A DNA stretch of 64,000 bases from Rhodanobacteraceae bacterium (GTDB lineage Bacteria > Pseudomonadota > Gammaproteobacteria > Xanthomonadales > Rhodanobacteraceae): NCBI GenBank assembly GCA_035695065.1, contig DASSEW010000007.1:8525-72524 (forward strand), written 5' to 3'. This document shows, piece after piece, positions 26,381 to 35,049 of this stretch. The notes under the pieces are model-generated. The model was not told the DNA's origin and searched no databases. It was given only the letters and a program-made list of their open reading frames with translations. The number at the start of each line of letters is the position of its first letter. Position 1 is the first letter of the stretch. Position numbers and translations under genes: made by a program.

Positions 26381-27316
26381 ATGGCACGCGCGCCCTTGAA
26401 CGCCCTGCAGGACTTCGTCGCGGTCGCGCGGGTGCAGAACCTGACCCGCGCCGCCGAACGCCAGCACATCACCGTGAGCGCACTCAGCCATCAGATGCGC
26501 ACGCTGGAGCAGCGCGTCGGCTGTCCACTGTTCGTGCGCGGTTCGCGCGGGCTGACCCTCACCGCCGAAGGGCGGATGCTTCTCGACAACGTGGCGCCGC
26601 ACATCGAGGCGATCGAGCAGGCGTTGCGGCCGCTGTGCGGCCGCCGCTCCAACGTGCTGAATCTTTCCGCGACGCCGTCGATGGGATCGAGCTGGCTGCT
26701 GCCGCGGTTGCCGCACTTCGTGAAGCGGCATCCGGAAATGGAATTGAACCTGGACTCCTCGATCGAGCTGGTGGATTTCGCGGACGGACGCTTCGATGCG
26801 GCGCTGCGCTACGGGCCCGGGCAGTGGCCCGGCGTGGTCTCCGAACCATTGTTCGAGGAATGGCTGACGCCGGTGGCGAGTCCCGCGCTTTTGAAGGGAC
26901 GCAAGCCGCCGCGGTTGGACCAGCTCGGCGAGTGGCCCCTTTTGTGTCCAGAAGATCCATGGGTGGACTGGTTCAACACCTTCGGCGGCAAGCCGCCCAA
27001 GCGTTACGCCGCGTCGTTCAATGATTCGGAAACTCGCCAGCGCGCGGCGGTGGAAGGCATCGGCATCGCGCTCGGCCGCACCACCATGGTCAAGCCGCTG
27101 ATCGAGGCCGGCATGCTGGTCGCGTTGTTCCCGCAGGTCTTGAAGGCGCGCTACGGACATTACCTCGTCTACCCGCAGCGCTCGCGCGAGCACACCGGGT
27201 TCATCGCGTTCCGCGAATGGTTGCTGGAGGAAGCCGCGCAGGTGCACCGGTCATTGCCGGGAGCGGTCGCGAAGCCGACGCGCACGCGGGTCAAACGCCA
27301 GCCGGTGCCGGCATGA
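26381..27316 (+). CDS. LysR-family transcriptional regulator (GcvA-like)
   Basis: ORF 26381..27316. HTH LQDFVAVARVQNLTRAAERQHITVSALSHQMRTLEQRVGCPLFVR. Divergent from the EamA gene, the classic LysR arrangement. Confidence 0.92.
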   Translation: MARAPLNALQDFVAVARVQNLTRAAERQHITVSALSHQMRTLEQRVGCPLFVRGSRGLTLTAEGRMLLDNVAPHIEAIEQALRPLCGRRSNVLNLSATPSMGSSWLLPRLPHFVKRHPEMELNLDSSIELVDFADGRFDAALRYGPGQWPGVVSEPLFEEWLTPVASPALLKGRKPPRLDQLGEWPLLCPEDPWVDWFNTFGGKPPKRYAASFNDSETRQRAAVEGIGIALGRTTMVKPLIEAGMLVALFPQVLKARYGHYLVYPQRSREHTGFIAFREWLLEEAAQVHRSLPGAVAKPTRTRVKRQPVPA

Positions 27317-27364
27317 CGTGCAGCCTCCGGGCATCTGCAATGGCGCGAACGGATCCCGGAATGC

Positions 27365-28018
27365 TCAATAACCGCTGCACGGATCGCGGCCCACGTTGTG
27401 TTCGTAGGCCGAGACGCGCTCATCGCGCGCACTGCCGTCGCGCTCCACCGCCGCGACCGCGTTGATCTGCTTGCAGGCTTCGCCACGCGGCACCTTGCGC
27501 GCATGCACGGTCAATGGTGACCAGGCGTTGTGCCTGGCGCGCCCTTTCCCCTTTCCGCCACCGACGACATAAACACCCGCGCTTCGCATCACGCCATCGC
27601 CCGCCACCGAATGCGGACAGCGCGCGTGGCGATAAAACACTTCGCCATCGCTGGCGCGGCATTCCCATGAAGTGGGCTCCTTGCGCGCCCGCGCCTTGAC
27701 GGATGCGCCATGCGGATAATGGCGTGCGCGCTCACGACGAAGCGCGCCGCGTTCGTGTTGCACAGGCATCGGTTCCGCGGCCGGCGCATCCGTATCGATC
27801 AGCGGCTGTTCGCGAAGCTCCAGCGCCGTTTGCCGCGCCTGCGCCGGGCACGCATTCGCCTGGAACGCGACCTGCCCGCTGGCATCAACGCACTTGTAGA
27901 TCGCGCCCGCGTGCACGCCGCCGGCGATGAGCAACAACAAGGGACCGACCCAGCGGCCGAGGCGGCCCGCATACCTGGAATGCCGGTCCGCGCAAGGGTC
28001 CGCCTTCTCGATGAACAT
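27365..28018 (-). CDS. DUF4124 domain-containing protein
   Basis: ORF 27365..28168; ATG 28018. TM/signal WVGPLLLLIAGGVHAGA then IYKCVDASGQVAFQANACP (DUF4124 signature as I recall it). Confidence 0.7.
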   Translation of the reverse strand: MFIEKADPCADRHSRYAGRLGRWVGPLLLLIAGGVHAGAIYKCVDASGQVAFQANACPAQARQTALELREQPLIDTDAPAAEPMPVQHERGALRRERARHYPHGASVKARARKEPTSWECRASDGEVFYRHARCPHSVAGDGVMRSAGVYVVGGGKGKGRARHNAWSPLTVHARKVPRGEACKQINAVAAVERDGSARDERVSAYEHNVGRDPCSGY

Positions 28019-28179
28019 GATCGACTCCGCAAGTTTTCTGCATGCTCCGTCGGTCGGCATGCCGCAACCAGCGGCGCACGGCTCGAATCTGCGTAGGAAT
28101 AATCCGATCCGGCCGTTGTTGCGCGGCGTCGATGCGCGGGCGTATAACGATCCGGTACAAGCGAGCAAGGAGAGCGGTC

Positions 28180-29127
28180 ATGGCACGTGTCTTTTCCGTT
28201 TCCCTGTTGTCGGGCATCGTGGCACTCGCATTCGTCACCACCGCCATCGCGCAACCGCCCGGGAGTTCCGCACCTGGCACCGCGAGCGGCACGGCACCTG
28301 CCAGCGCACCTCCCGCTTACGATTCCTACGGCCAGCCCGGTCCTTCCACCGGCAACTACAACACGCCGGAGGCGGACGGCCGGCCAGGCGAGTACTACTT
28401 CCAGCTCGGGGTGAATGCGTTCTACAAGAAGGACTACGCGCACGCGATCGCGATGTACAAGGTCGCTGCCTCGTGGGCGTATAAACCGGCGGAGTTCAAT
28501 CTCGGGTTGATCTATTTCCAGGGCCTGGGCGTGCCGGCGGACAAGCCGCTCGGCGCGGCATGGATGTCGCTGGCCGCCGAGCGCGGCGACAGCCGGAGAA
28601 CCAATCAGACGCGCGACCTGATGCTGAGCAAATTGAGCAAGAGCGAATTCGCCAAGACCTTCGCGATCTGGCAAAAGCTCAAGCCGACTTATGGCGACGA
28701 GGTGGCGCTGGCCCGTGCCAAGGCGCGCTGGGCGCAGGTCAAGGCCAGCAAGACCGGCACGCGGGTGGGCGACGGCGCCGAGCACCTGCTGGTGGGCGGC
28801 GGCGCCCAGAACACCGCCTCACCCGGCGGCCCCAGCGCGATGAAGGGAGTGACCACTTCGGTTGGCGCGCCTCAAGTGACTTCCGGCGCGCAGCTCTTCA
28901 CGTCCGGGCAGGCGACGGACGGTTCGATCGCTTATGCGCAGTTCCGGCGCAGCGACAATCCATACGACACCAAGTTCCGCACGGATCTTACCGGCACGAC
29001 CAGCGTGGGCGCCCTCGAAACAGTGAAGCCCCAGGCCAGCAATGCCAAGGATTCCGGTAAGACGAACGCCAAGAAGGACGGCGACAAGCAACAGCTACTG
29101 TGGTGCACGAAGGACGGTTGCTCCTGA
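28180..29127 (+). CDS. secreted Sel1-like repeat protein, paralogue 1
   Basis: In ORF 28042..29127; ATG 28180 after AAGGAGAG. Signal peptide MARVFSVSLLSGIVALAFVTTAIAQ. SLR units YKVAASWAYKPAEFNLGLIYFQGLGVPADKPLGAAWMSLAAERGD. Confidence 0.8.
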   Translation: MARVFSVSLLSGIVALAFVTTAIAQPPGSSAPGTASGTAPASAPPAYDSYGQPGPSTGNYNTPEADGRPGEYYFQLGVNAFYKKDYAHAIAMYKVAASWAYKPAEFNLGLIYFQGLGVPADKPLGAAWMSLAAERGDSRRTNQTRDLMLSKLSKSEFAKTFAIWQKLKPTYGDEVALARAKARWAQVKASKTGTRVGDGAEHLLVGGGAQNTASPGGPSAMKGVTTSVGAPQVTSGAQLFTSGQATDGSIAYAQFRRSDNPYDTKFRTDLTGTTSVGALETVKPQASNAKDSGKTNAKKDGDKQQLLWCTKDGCS

Positions 29128-29195
29128 TGCCCTGCCCGACGCCGGTTCCGAGCTGACGAGCAGTTCCGCAGCATCACCCGACAAGGAGAAGCACG

Positions 29196-30080
29196 ATGAC
29201 GCGCACGATTTCCGCTTCGTTGCTGGCCGGTGCACTGGTCCTCGCATTCGGCGCCCCTGCATTGGCGCAGACGGGAGTGGCTGAAACCGGGTCCCGACAG
29301 ACGATCGCGGCCCCGGACTACGGCTCAGACCCACTCCACGACAGTGCGCTGATCAGCGGCAATTTCGCCACGCCCCAGGCAGACGGCCGCCCGGGCGTGT
29401 ATTACTTCGCACTGGCGGAGCAGGCTTATCGCAAGGGCGATTACCGCCACGCCGTGGACATGTACCAGGTGTCCGCCTCCTGGGCGTACAAGCCGGCGGA
29501 ATACAACCTGGCGCTGATGTATTTTCGCGGCCAGGGCGTGGCGACGGATCGCGCCCGCGGCGCCGCATGGATGGTCCTCGCTGCCGAGCGCGGCACCCCA
29601 CAATACGCGCATGCACGCGACCTGATGGTCACCGCGTTGAACAACGCCGAGTTCGCTCGCACTGACCGGATCTGGAATGAGCTGAAGCCGACGTACGCCG
29701 ACGAAGTGGCGCTGCACCGCGCGAAAGCGCGCTGGGCGCAGGTGAAAGCCAGCATGACCGGCTCTCGCGTGGGCGACGGTGCGGTGCATCTGCTGGTGGG
29801 AGGCGGTGGGGAGAACACGGCTTCGCCGGGCGGGCCGGGTTCCAGCGCGGTCATTGGCGCGATCGGCACGCCCGCAATCGTCAACGGCGGCGGATTTTTC
29901 AAGTCGGGCCAGGCGCGCGACGCCTCCGTTGCGTACCAGCAATTCCGCGAAAGCGACAATCCCTACGATCCGATTTTCCGCAGCGACCTGACCGGTACGG
30001 CCACGGTGGGACCGCTGATGAAAGTCAACGACAAGGACGTTGCGCCGAAACCGAAGGACGGCGACGTCCACAATCTCTAA
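29196..30080 (+). CDS. secreted Sel1-like repeat protein, paralogue 2
   Basis: ORF 29196..30080 after AAGGAGAA. Colinear with the upstream gene (YQVSASWAYKPAEYNLALMYFRGQGVATDRARGAAWMVLAAERG; KARWAQVKASMTGSRVGDGAVHLLVGGG). Confidence 0.8.
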   Translation: MTRTISASLLAGALVLAFGAPALAQTGVAETGSRQTIAAPDYGSDPLHDSALISGNFATPQADGRPGVYYFALAEQAYRKGDYRHAVDMYQVSASWAYKPAEYNLALMYFRGQGVATDRARGAAWMVLAAERGTPQYAHARDLMVTALNNAEFARTDRIWNELKPTYADEVALHRAKARWAQVKASMTGSRVGDGAVHLLVGGGGENTASPGGPGSSAVIGAIGTPAIVNGGGFFKSGQARDASVAYQQFRESDNPYDPIFRSDLTGTATVGPLMKVNDKDVAPKPKDGDVHNL

Positions 30081-30100
30081 TCGTGCGCGATCGGAGAACG

Positions 30101-30134
30101 AAAAAAGCCGCTGCTGCTCCGCAGCGGCTTTTTC
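30101..30134. terminator. bidirectional intrinsic terminator
   Basis: AAAAAAGCCGCTGC-tgctcc-GCAGCGGCTTTTTC between convergent genes; A-run and T-run flank the stem. Confidence 0.75.
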
Positions 30135-30197
30135 ATGCACGGCGCAAACGGATGCGGCCGGCGCGTCTCCGCGCCGACCGCATTCACCGGACGCAAC

Positions 30198-30710
30198 TCA
30201 ATCCTGCTTGGACGCGATCACGCTCCCATCGGTCGGGTCGATCAGGAGATCGACATCCTGCCCGTCCGGACCGCGTGCCTCGGCACGCCAGATGCCGTCG
30301 TCGAAGTCGAGGTCATCGACGTCCTGGTAACCCTGCGCGGTCAGGCGCGATTCGATCGCATCCTTGTCCAGCCGCGAGGGTTCGTTCGCAGCATAGACAT
30401 GCCCGCTGACCGGCGCGATCAGGATCTTCATCGAATCGCCGGCGCCGTCGCGTGCCTTCGCGACCCACACGCCGTTGTGGAACTGCAGGTCCTCGACGTT
30501 GCGGTACCCGGCCGCGGCGATGTTCTGCATGATCTGATCCTGCGGCAGCGCGTCGGCCGGGCGCGTCCACGTGGTCGTGGTCGTGGTCACCGTTCGCTGC
30601 GTGCCCATCGGCGGCGGGGGTGCCGGCGGTGGAAGCTCCTGCGCGAAAGCCGCGCCGCCAGCCAACAGCGCCATCGGCGCGAGCGCGATCATTCTGCGTA
30701 GTATTTGCAT
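30198..30710 (-). CDS. PepSY-domain periplasmic protein (two PepSY-like modules)
   Basis: ORF 30198..30887; ATG 30710. Signal peptide MQILRRMIALAPMALLAGGAAFAQ. Repeated module AAGYRNVEDLQFHNGVWVAKARDG / AQGYQDVDDLDFDDGIWRAEARGPDG. Confidence 0.75.
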   Translation of the reverse strand: MQILRRMIALAPMALLAGGAAFAQELPPPAPPPPMGTQRTVTTTTTTWTRPADALPQDQIMQNIAAAGYRNVEDLQFHNGVWVAKARDGAGDSMKILIAPVSGHVYAANEPSRLDKDAIESRLTAQGYQDVDDLDFDDGIWRAEARGPDGQDVDLLIDPTDGSVIASKQD

Positions 30711-30758
30711 GGTCGGACTCCTTGTCGTAACCCGTGCACAGCTTGCGCACGCGACATT

Positions 30759-30811
30759 CAATCGGTGGTGAACCGGCAGGATGCGTGCCAAATCGCGTTC
30801 ATCACCGATTG
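30759..30811. promoter_or_regulatory. 15-bp inverted repeat in divergent PepSY/MFS promoter region (operator or leader structure)
   Basis: CAATCGGTGGTGAAC (30759-30773) and GTTCATCACCGATTG (30797-30811): 14 of 15 complementary, 23-nt spacer. Confidence 0.35.
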
Positions 30812-30870
30812 CGCAGCGTGACGATCGCGTGTGTTTGCTAAGCTGGCGTTCTCCTCGCATCGTCCATGCA

Positions 30871-32472
30871 ATGAAAGTTTCCGGCATCGCATTCCACCAC
30901 CCGTTTGCATTCTGGGCGGGCTGCCTGGCGGTGGTCGCAGGCGTGCTGTTGCACCTGCCGATGTTCGCGATGGCCGCGCCGATGCATTACCAGATGGCCG
31001 GCATGCCGATGGATGCGCAGATGCTGGTCGGAATGACGCTGATTCCCGCAGGCGTGCTGCTGGCCGGATACGGATTGATGCCGCGTGTCGAACAGATGCG
31101 CCTCGCCCCGCAAGGCAACACCGCGCACCTGCACTTCGCAGTCGCCGATGGCGTGCCGCTCAACCGCGAACACTGGAAGCTGGTGATCGTGCTCGCCGTC
31201 GCGCTCGCCGTGGATGTGATGAAGCCGGCCACGATCGGCTTCGTGATGCCCGGCATGTCGCACGAATATTCGATCGCGGATTCCACAGCCGGTTACCTGG
31301 CACTTTCCGCGCTCACGGGAACGGCGATCGGCTCGATCGTGTGGGGGCGCCTTGCCGATCTGTTTGGCAGGCGCGCCGCGATCCTGCTCTCCGCGCTGAT
31401 GTTCATGGGCACCGCGATCTGCGGCGCGATGCCGGCGTTCGGCTGGAACCTGGTGATGTGCTTCATGATGGGAGCTGCCGCGGGCGGCATGTTGCCGATC
31501 GCGTTCACGTTGATGGCCGAAGCGGTGCCCGCGGCACACCGCGGCTGGCTGCTGGTCGCGCTCGGCGGGATCGGCACGTCAGCCGGCTACCTCGCCGCCG
31601 CCGGCGCCGCGAGCGTGTTCGAACCGGCCTTCAGCTGGCGCGCGCTGTGGCTGCTGAACCTGCCGACCGGCGCGCTCATCGTGTTCCTCAACCGCTACAT
31701 TCCCGAATCGCCGCGCTTCCTTTCCAACGCCGGATTGCACGAACAGGCGCGCGCGGTGCTGGCGCGGTTCTCCGGCGACGCGCAAGTCGCGCCTATTGAC
31801 GACGACAGCGATCCGCCATTGCTGGACGAACAACATGCGGTCATCGGCATGCGCCAGTTGTTGCGTGGCCGGCACGCGCGCATTTCTCTCGGCCTGATCG
31901 TGTGTGGGCTTGCCTGGGGCCTGGTGAATTTCGGATTCCTGATGTGGCTGCCGGGCAACCTGACGCGGCTCGGCGTGGATGCGCACGGCGCGAGCACGCT
32001 GCTCGCGCAATCGGCATTGCTCGCGATGCCGGGTATTGCGGCGGTGGTGTGGCTGTACCAGCGCTGGAGCAGCATTCGCACGCTGGTGCTGTTCATCGCG
32101 CTGACAGCGCTGGCGCTGCTCGCGTTCTGCGCGATCGCGCTGCTCGACTTGCGCATGGCCTCGGCCACCATTGCGGCAACCGTGCTGCTGCTGGTCGCGA
32201 TCAGCGGCGTGATCGCGACGATGATTCCGTATGCGGCGGAAATCTATCCGGTGCACCTGCGCGGCACCGGCTCCGGCCTGATCGCGGCAAGTTCCAAGGC
32301 TGGCGGCATCCTCGGCGCGGGCCTGGGTGTGCTCGGCCTGTTCGATCACTTCGCGTTTTCGGCACTGGCGATCGCGGTACCCCTGGCAATCGCCGCGGTG
32401 CTGCTGCTGCGCGCCGGCATCGACACGCGCGGGCAGCGGCTGGAAGAAATCCAGGTGGCGCTGTCGGAATAA
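30871..32472 (+). CDS. MFS transporter
   Basis: In ORF 30781..32472; ATG 30871. About 14 predicted TM segments and the MFS loop motif GRLADLFGRR. Met-rich first loop HLPMFAMAAPMHYQMAGMPMDAQM. Confidence 0.9.
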   Translation: MKVSGIAFHHPFAFWAGCLAVVAGVLLHLPMFAMAAPMHYQMAGMPMDAQMLVGMTLIPAGVLLAGYGLMPRVEQMRLAPQGNTAHLHFAVADGVPLNREHWKLVIVLAVALAVDVMKPATIGFVMPGMSHEYSIADSTAGYLALSALTGTAIGSIVWGRLADLFGRRAAILLSALMFMGTAICGAMPAFGWNLVMCFMMGAAAGGMLPIAFTLMAEAVPAAHRGWLLVALGGIGTSAGYLAAAGAASVFEPAFSWRALWLLNLPTGALIVFLNRYIPESPRFLSNAGLHEQARAVLARFSGDAQVAPIDDDSDPPLLDEQHAVIGMRQLLRGRHARISLGLIVCGLAWGLVNFGFLMWLPGNLTRLGVDAHGASTLLAQSALLAMPGIAAVVWLYQRWSSIRTLVLFIALTALALLAFCAIALLDLRMASATIAATVLLLVAISGVIATMIPYAAEIYPVHLRGTGSGLIAASSKAGGILGAGLGVLGLFDHFAFSALAIAVPLAIAAVLLLRAGIDTRGQRLEEIQVALSE

Positions 32473-33255
32473 TCAGGAGCTGGCTCGCGCTGCGAGCACG
32501 CGCCCGGCAAATTCCGCAAACAGGTTCTGGATGCTGGTAGCGGGCGAAAGTGCCCGGTGAATATCCTTGCCGGTCGGTGTCAGCGCCATCGCTGCGGCGG
32601 TGTATAACTGCCGCTCAACGAGCCGCTCGCAGAGGATCTGATATCGCCTTGCGTAAGAGGCGTCCACGAACTCCTTGAACACGGGATAGTGCGGCTCATC
32701 ACACCGAACTGAACGCATTGAGCCATCGCACTCCTCCAGCAGCATCAACCAACCGAGAAATGGCGGCCTCGGATCGGAATGAAGCGCGGGATTCAGAACA
32801 GAGGGTGTGTGCTCCTGGACCATTTCGCGAATGCGCGGTCCGCCATATGCGCCGTGGTAGTGAGCAACCCACAGGTCGGCGGCCGAACCAATGACCTCTT
32901 CGCTGCGGTTATTGAAATTGTTGCCGAAAGATCCGACCTGCGATTTGAATTCGAAGACGCCGAGCAAACGCTCCCGGTGAATCACGAGCACATCCCAGTT
33001 CTTGGTTGCACGAAAGAATCCCGGCAAGACCACCTTCGATTTTCGAGAATGCACTGTCTCCGCAGCCAGCCCGCAATGCCGCACGACTTCTCGAACGACT
33101 TCGACGAAGCCGTCCATGTTCTTGCCTCCCACCACCGCATCGCGACTTCCGCCCTGGCTGCTCGCTACCGTTCCGCTGCTTCTGGAATGCCAGAAGGTAT
33201 AAATCGCCCCTCTTACGAGTTCTTCGAACAATGGAGGCAACAGGGAAACGGTCAT
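32473..33255 (-). CDS. type II restriction endonuclease, XhoI/PaeR7I-like family (assignment from memory of the family motif)
   Basis: ORF 32473..33264; ATG 33255 overlaps the methylase stop (ATGA). The motif EFKSQVGSFGNNFNNRSEEVIGSAADLW plus PYFPVFKEF-type C-terminal region resembles what I recall of RE_XhoI/PaeR7I. Low GC. Genetic linkage to an N6-adenine MTase. Confidence 0.7.
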   Translation of the reverse strand: MTVSLLPPLFEELVRGAIYTFWHSRSSGTVASSQGGSRDAVVGGKNMDGFVEVVREVVRHCGLAAETVHSRKSKVVLPGFFRATKNWDVLVIHRERLLGVFEFKSQVGSFGNNFNNRSEEVIGSAADLWVAHYHGAYGGPRIREMVQEHTPSVLNPALHSDPRPPFLGWLMLLEECDGSMRSVRCDEPHYPVFKEFVDASYARRYQILCERLVERQLYTAAAMALTPTGKDIHRALSPATSIQNLFAEFAGRVLAARASS

Positions 33256-35024
33256 TCCGCGCAATCCTTTCGCCCTGATTCGATGGCATGTCGCACTTGC
33301 GTAGTTTCCGCGATGGAGAGGCCGTACAGTTCGAAAACCGGAGAATCAACTTCTTCCTGTTCCCTGGAATTGGCGACCCGCACCAATTGATCGCGAAGCT
33401 CCAAGCTGACTTTGTCCCAGCATGGAAGGCGAATTCGGCGCAGGTACTGCGCTTGGAACCTCAGGAACCCTCCAGACATTTTCGTGCAGTAAGCCGCAAC
33501 CGTCATGCGCGTCAGAGAAGATCGCAATACAGCCTGCAACGCTTCCAAGTCCCACTGTTCGGAAATGATGTAGTACAGGTTGTGGTGCGGGTAATACTCC
33601 CCTCGATCAAGGACAAATACGCCTTCGCTCTTGATGTCCGGGACAAGCAATTTGGGAGTCTTGAGCAGTCCTGGCTGAACGCGGTCAATCGTTCTGTACC
33701 AAGCACTACCACTGCGCTTGGCTACGTTGCGCTGCTTGAGCAGGTCGGCGTGCGCCCGGATGTAAGCCTCGAAGCCTGGAAATTCCGAGAGTTTTATCAA
33801 TCTCCCTTGTTCATCGAAGGGATTCAACAGAGCCTTACCCCCCCAGTTGATCGTGCCTTGCGCAAGATCACGAGCCATTACCAGCGGCAACTTGCGATCC
33901 GGCTCTACCGGAAGCTCCTCGAATGTGCGGATGAAGACCCTGTCGCACCCGGTAGCTACACCGATGCCAATCTTGCAGCCTGCCTGTTCGATGGAGAGGC
34001 AAGTTTCTTCGATGCGCCGGAGCACGGAGACACTGGGCGTGTGACCCAGCAACAGTGGCTCGGAGCTGCCCGCCGCAAGAAACGTTTCACTCACCACGTC
34101 CGACGGCTGTTCTTCGCTGAGTGCGGCGACGACCTTTCGAAGTCCAATCTTGCCAGCACCAGCACCACTGGAAACCATTCGCGTCGGCAGCTTCGGCTCC
34201 TCCGCTACACGCTGAATTATCGTGACTGCTGGATACGCGAATACATCGATATGAAAGGCATCCGCGTATTCCATGTCCACAAAGTATTTCAGCCAAAACC
34301 CGCGGGAAATCTTCTCGCGTAGCGGCCCACCATATCGATTCTTGAGCCAGCGGTTTGCGCAGATAAACCCCACCGTCCCGCTATCAGAAAGAAGGTCGAG
34401 GGCTCGCTCGAAAAACGGAACGTAAAGATCGGCGCGATCGTAAAGTGTTCGATAGCGCCTGCGGTATTCAGCAAGCAGGGCGTCGGGTATGCGCTCCTGC
34501 CGCACGTACGGCGGATTACCCAGGACGAAGTCAAATCCAGAGTCGAGCTTCGTCAGCAGGAAATCGTCGTTGATCAGCCAAGCTCGACATAACTCGTCGG
34601 CATCCGCGCTCGAAAAACCTGCGTCCGACAAGGTGGCCTTCACCGCGTTGGACACCTTGGCATAAGTGTCTGGATGGAGTTCCACCGCGCGAACAGCGCC
34701 TTCGAGATCGGCAACTTTGTAGTCTTCGCGGCCGCGGCCGGCCCGGTATGCGCTCAGCAGCCGCCGCACGATCGGCAGCAAGAAATCGCCGGCTCCGAAT
34801 GAAGGCTCCAGTACGCGCAAGCGGTGCAGCGGTTTGCTCGGAACGTAGCCAGACAGATCGAGAATCGCCTCGACAACTTCCGGCCGGGTGAAGATCGCGC
34901 CGCGCTCACTTTCACCCTGAGCGGCCATGCCCGCAATGGCCGCCTCGAGTTCGGGCGGCCTCGCGGCATTCTCAAACAGGTCGAAAGCAACATTCATGCG
35001 GCAATGTTGCTGTGTGTCTTGCAC
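33252..35024 (-). CDS. N6-adenine DNA methyltransferase (gamma-class, Eco57I/TaqI-like)
   Basis: ORF 33252..35024. Motif I VLEPSFGAGDFLL and motif IV VLGNPPYVRQE. Large C-terminal target-recognition region. The start is either GTG 35024 or ATG 34997. Confidence 0.88.
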   Translation of the reverse strand: MQDTQQHCRMNVAFDLFENAARPPELEAAIAGMAAQGESERGAIFTRPEVVEAILDLSGYVPSKPLHRLRVLEPSFGAGDFLLPIVRRLLSAYRAGRGREDYKVADLEGAVRAVELHPDTYAKVSNAVKATLSDAGFSSADADELCRAWLINDDFLLTKLDSGFDFVLGNPPYVRQERIPDALLAEYRRRYRTLYDRADLYVPFFERALDLLSDSGTVGFICANRWLKNRYGGPLREKISRGFWLKYFVDMEYADAFHIDVFAYPAVTIIQRVAEEPKLPTRMVSSGAGAGKIGLRKVVAALSEEQPSDVVSETFLAAGSSEPLLLGHTPSVSVLRRIEETCLSIEQAGCKIGIGVATGCDRVFIRTFEELPVEPDRKLPLVMARDLAQGTINWGGKALLNPFDEQGRLIKLSEFPGFEAYIRAHADLLKQRNVAKRSGSAWYRTIDRVQPGLLKTPKLLVPDIKSEGVFVLDRGEYYPHHNLYYIISEQWDLEALQAVLRSSLTRMTVAAYCTKMSGGFLRFQAQYLRRIRLPCWDKVSLELRDQLVRVANSREQEEVDSPVFELYGLSIAETTQVRHAIESGRKDCAE

Positions 35025-35049
35025 CCTGTCTAGCGTCGAGTGCCAGCAC

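Noticed and set aside
32473-35049. Calling the R-M island a mobile element (transposon, ICE or prophage fragment)
   Set aside because: No transposase, integrase, terminal inverted repeats or target-site duplication could be seen at either junction. Only compositional evidence supports a foreign origin.
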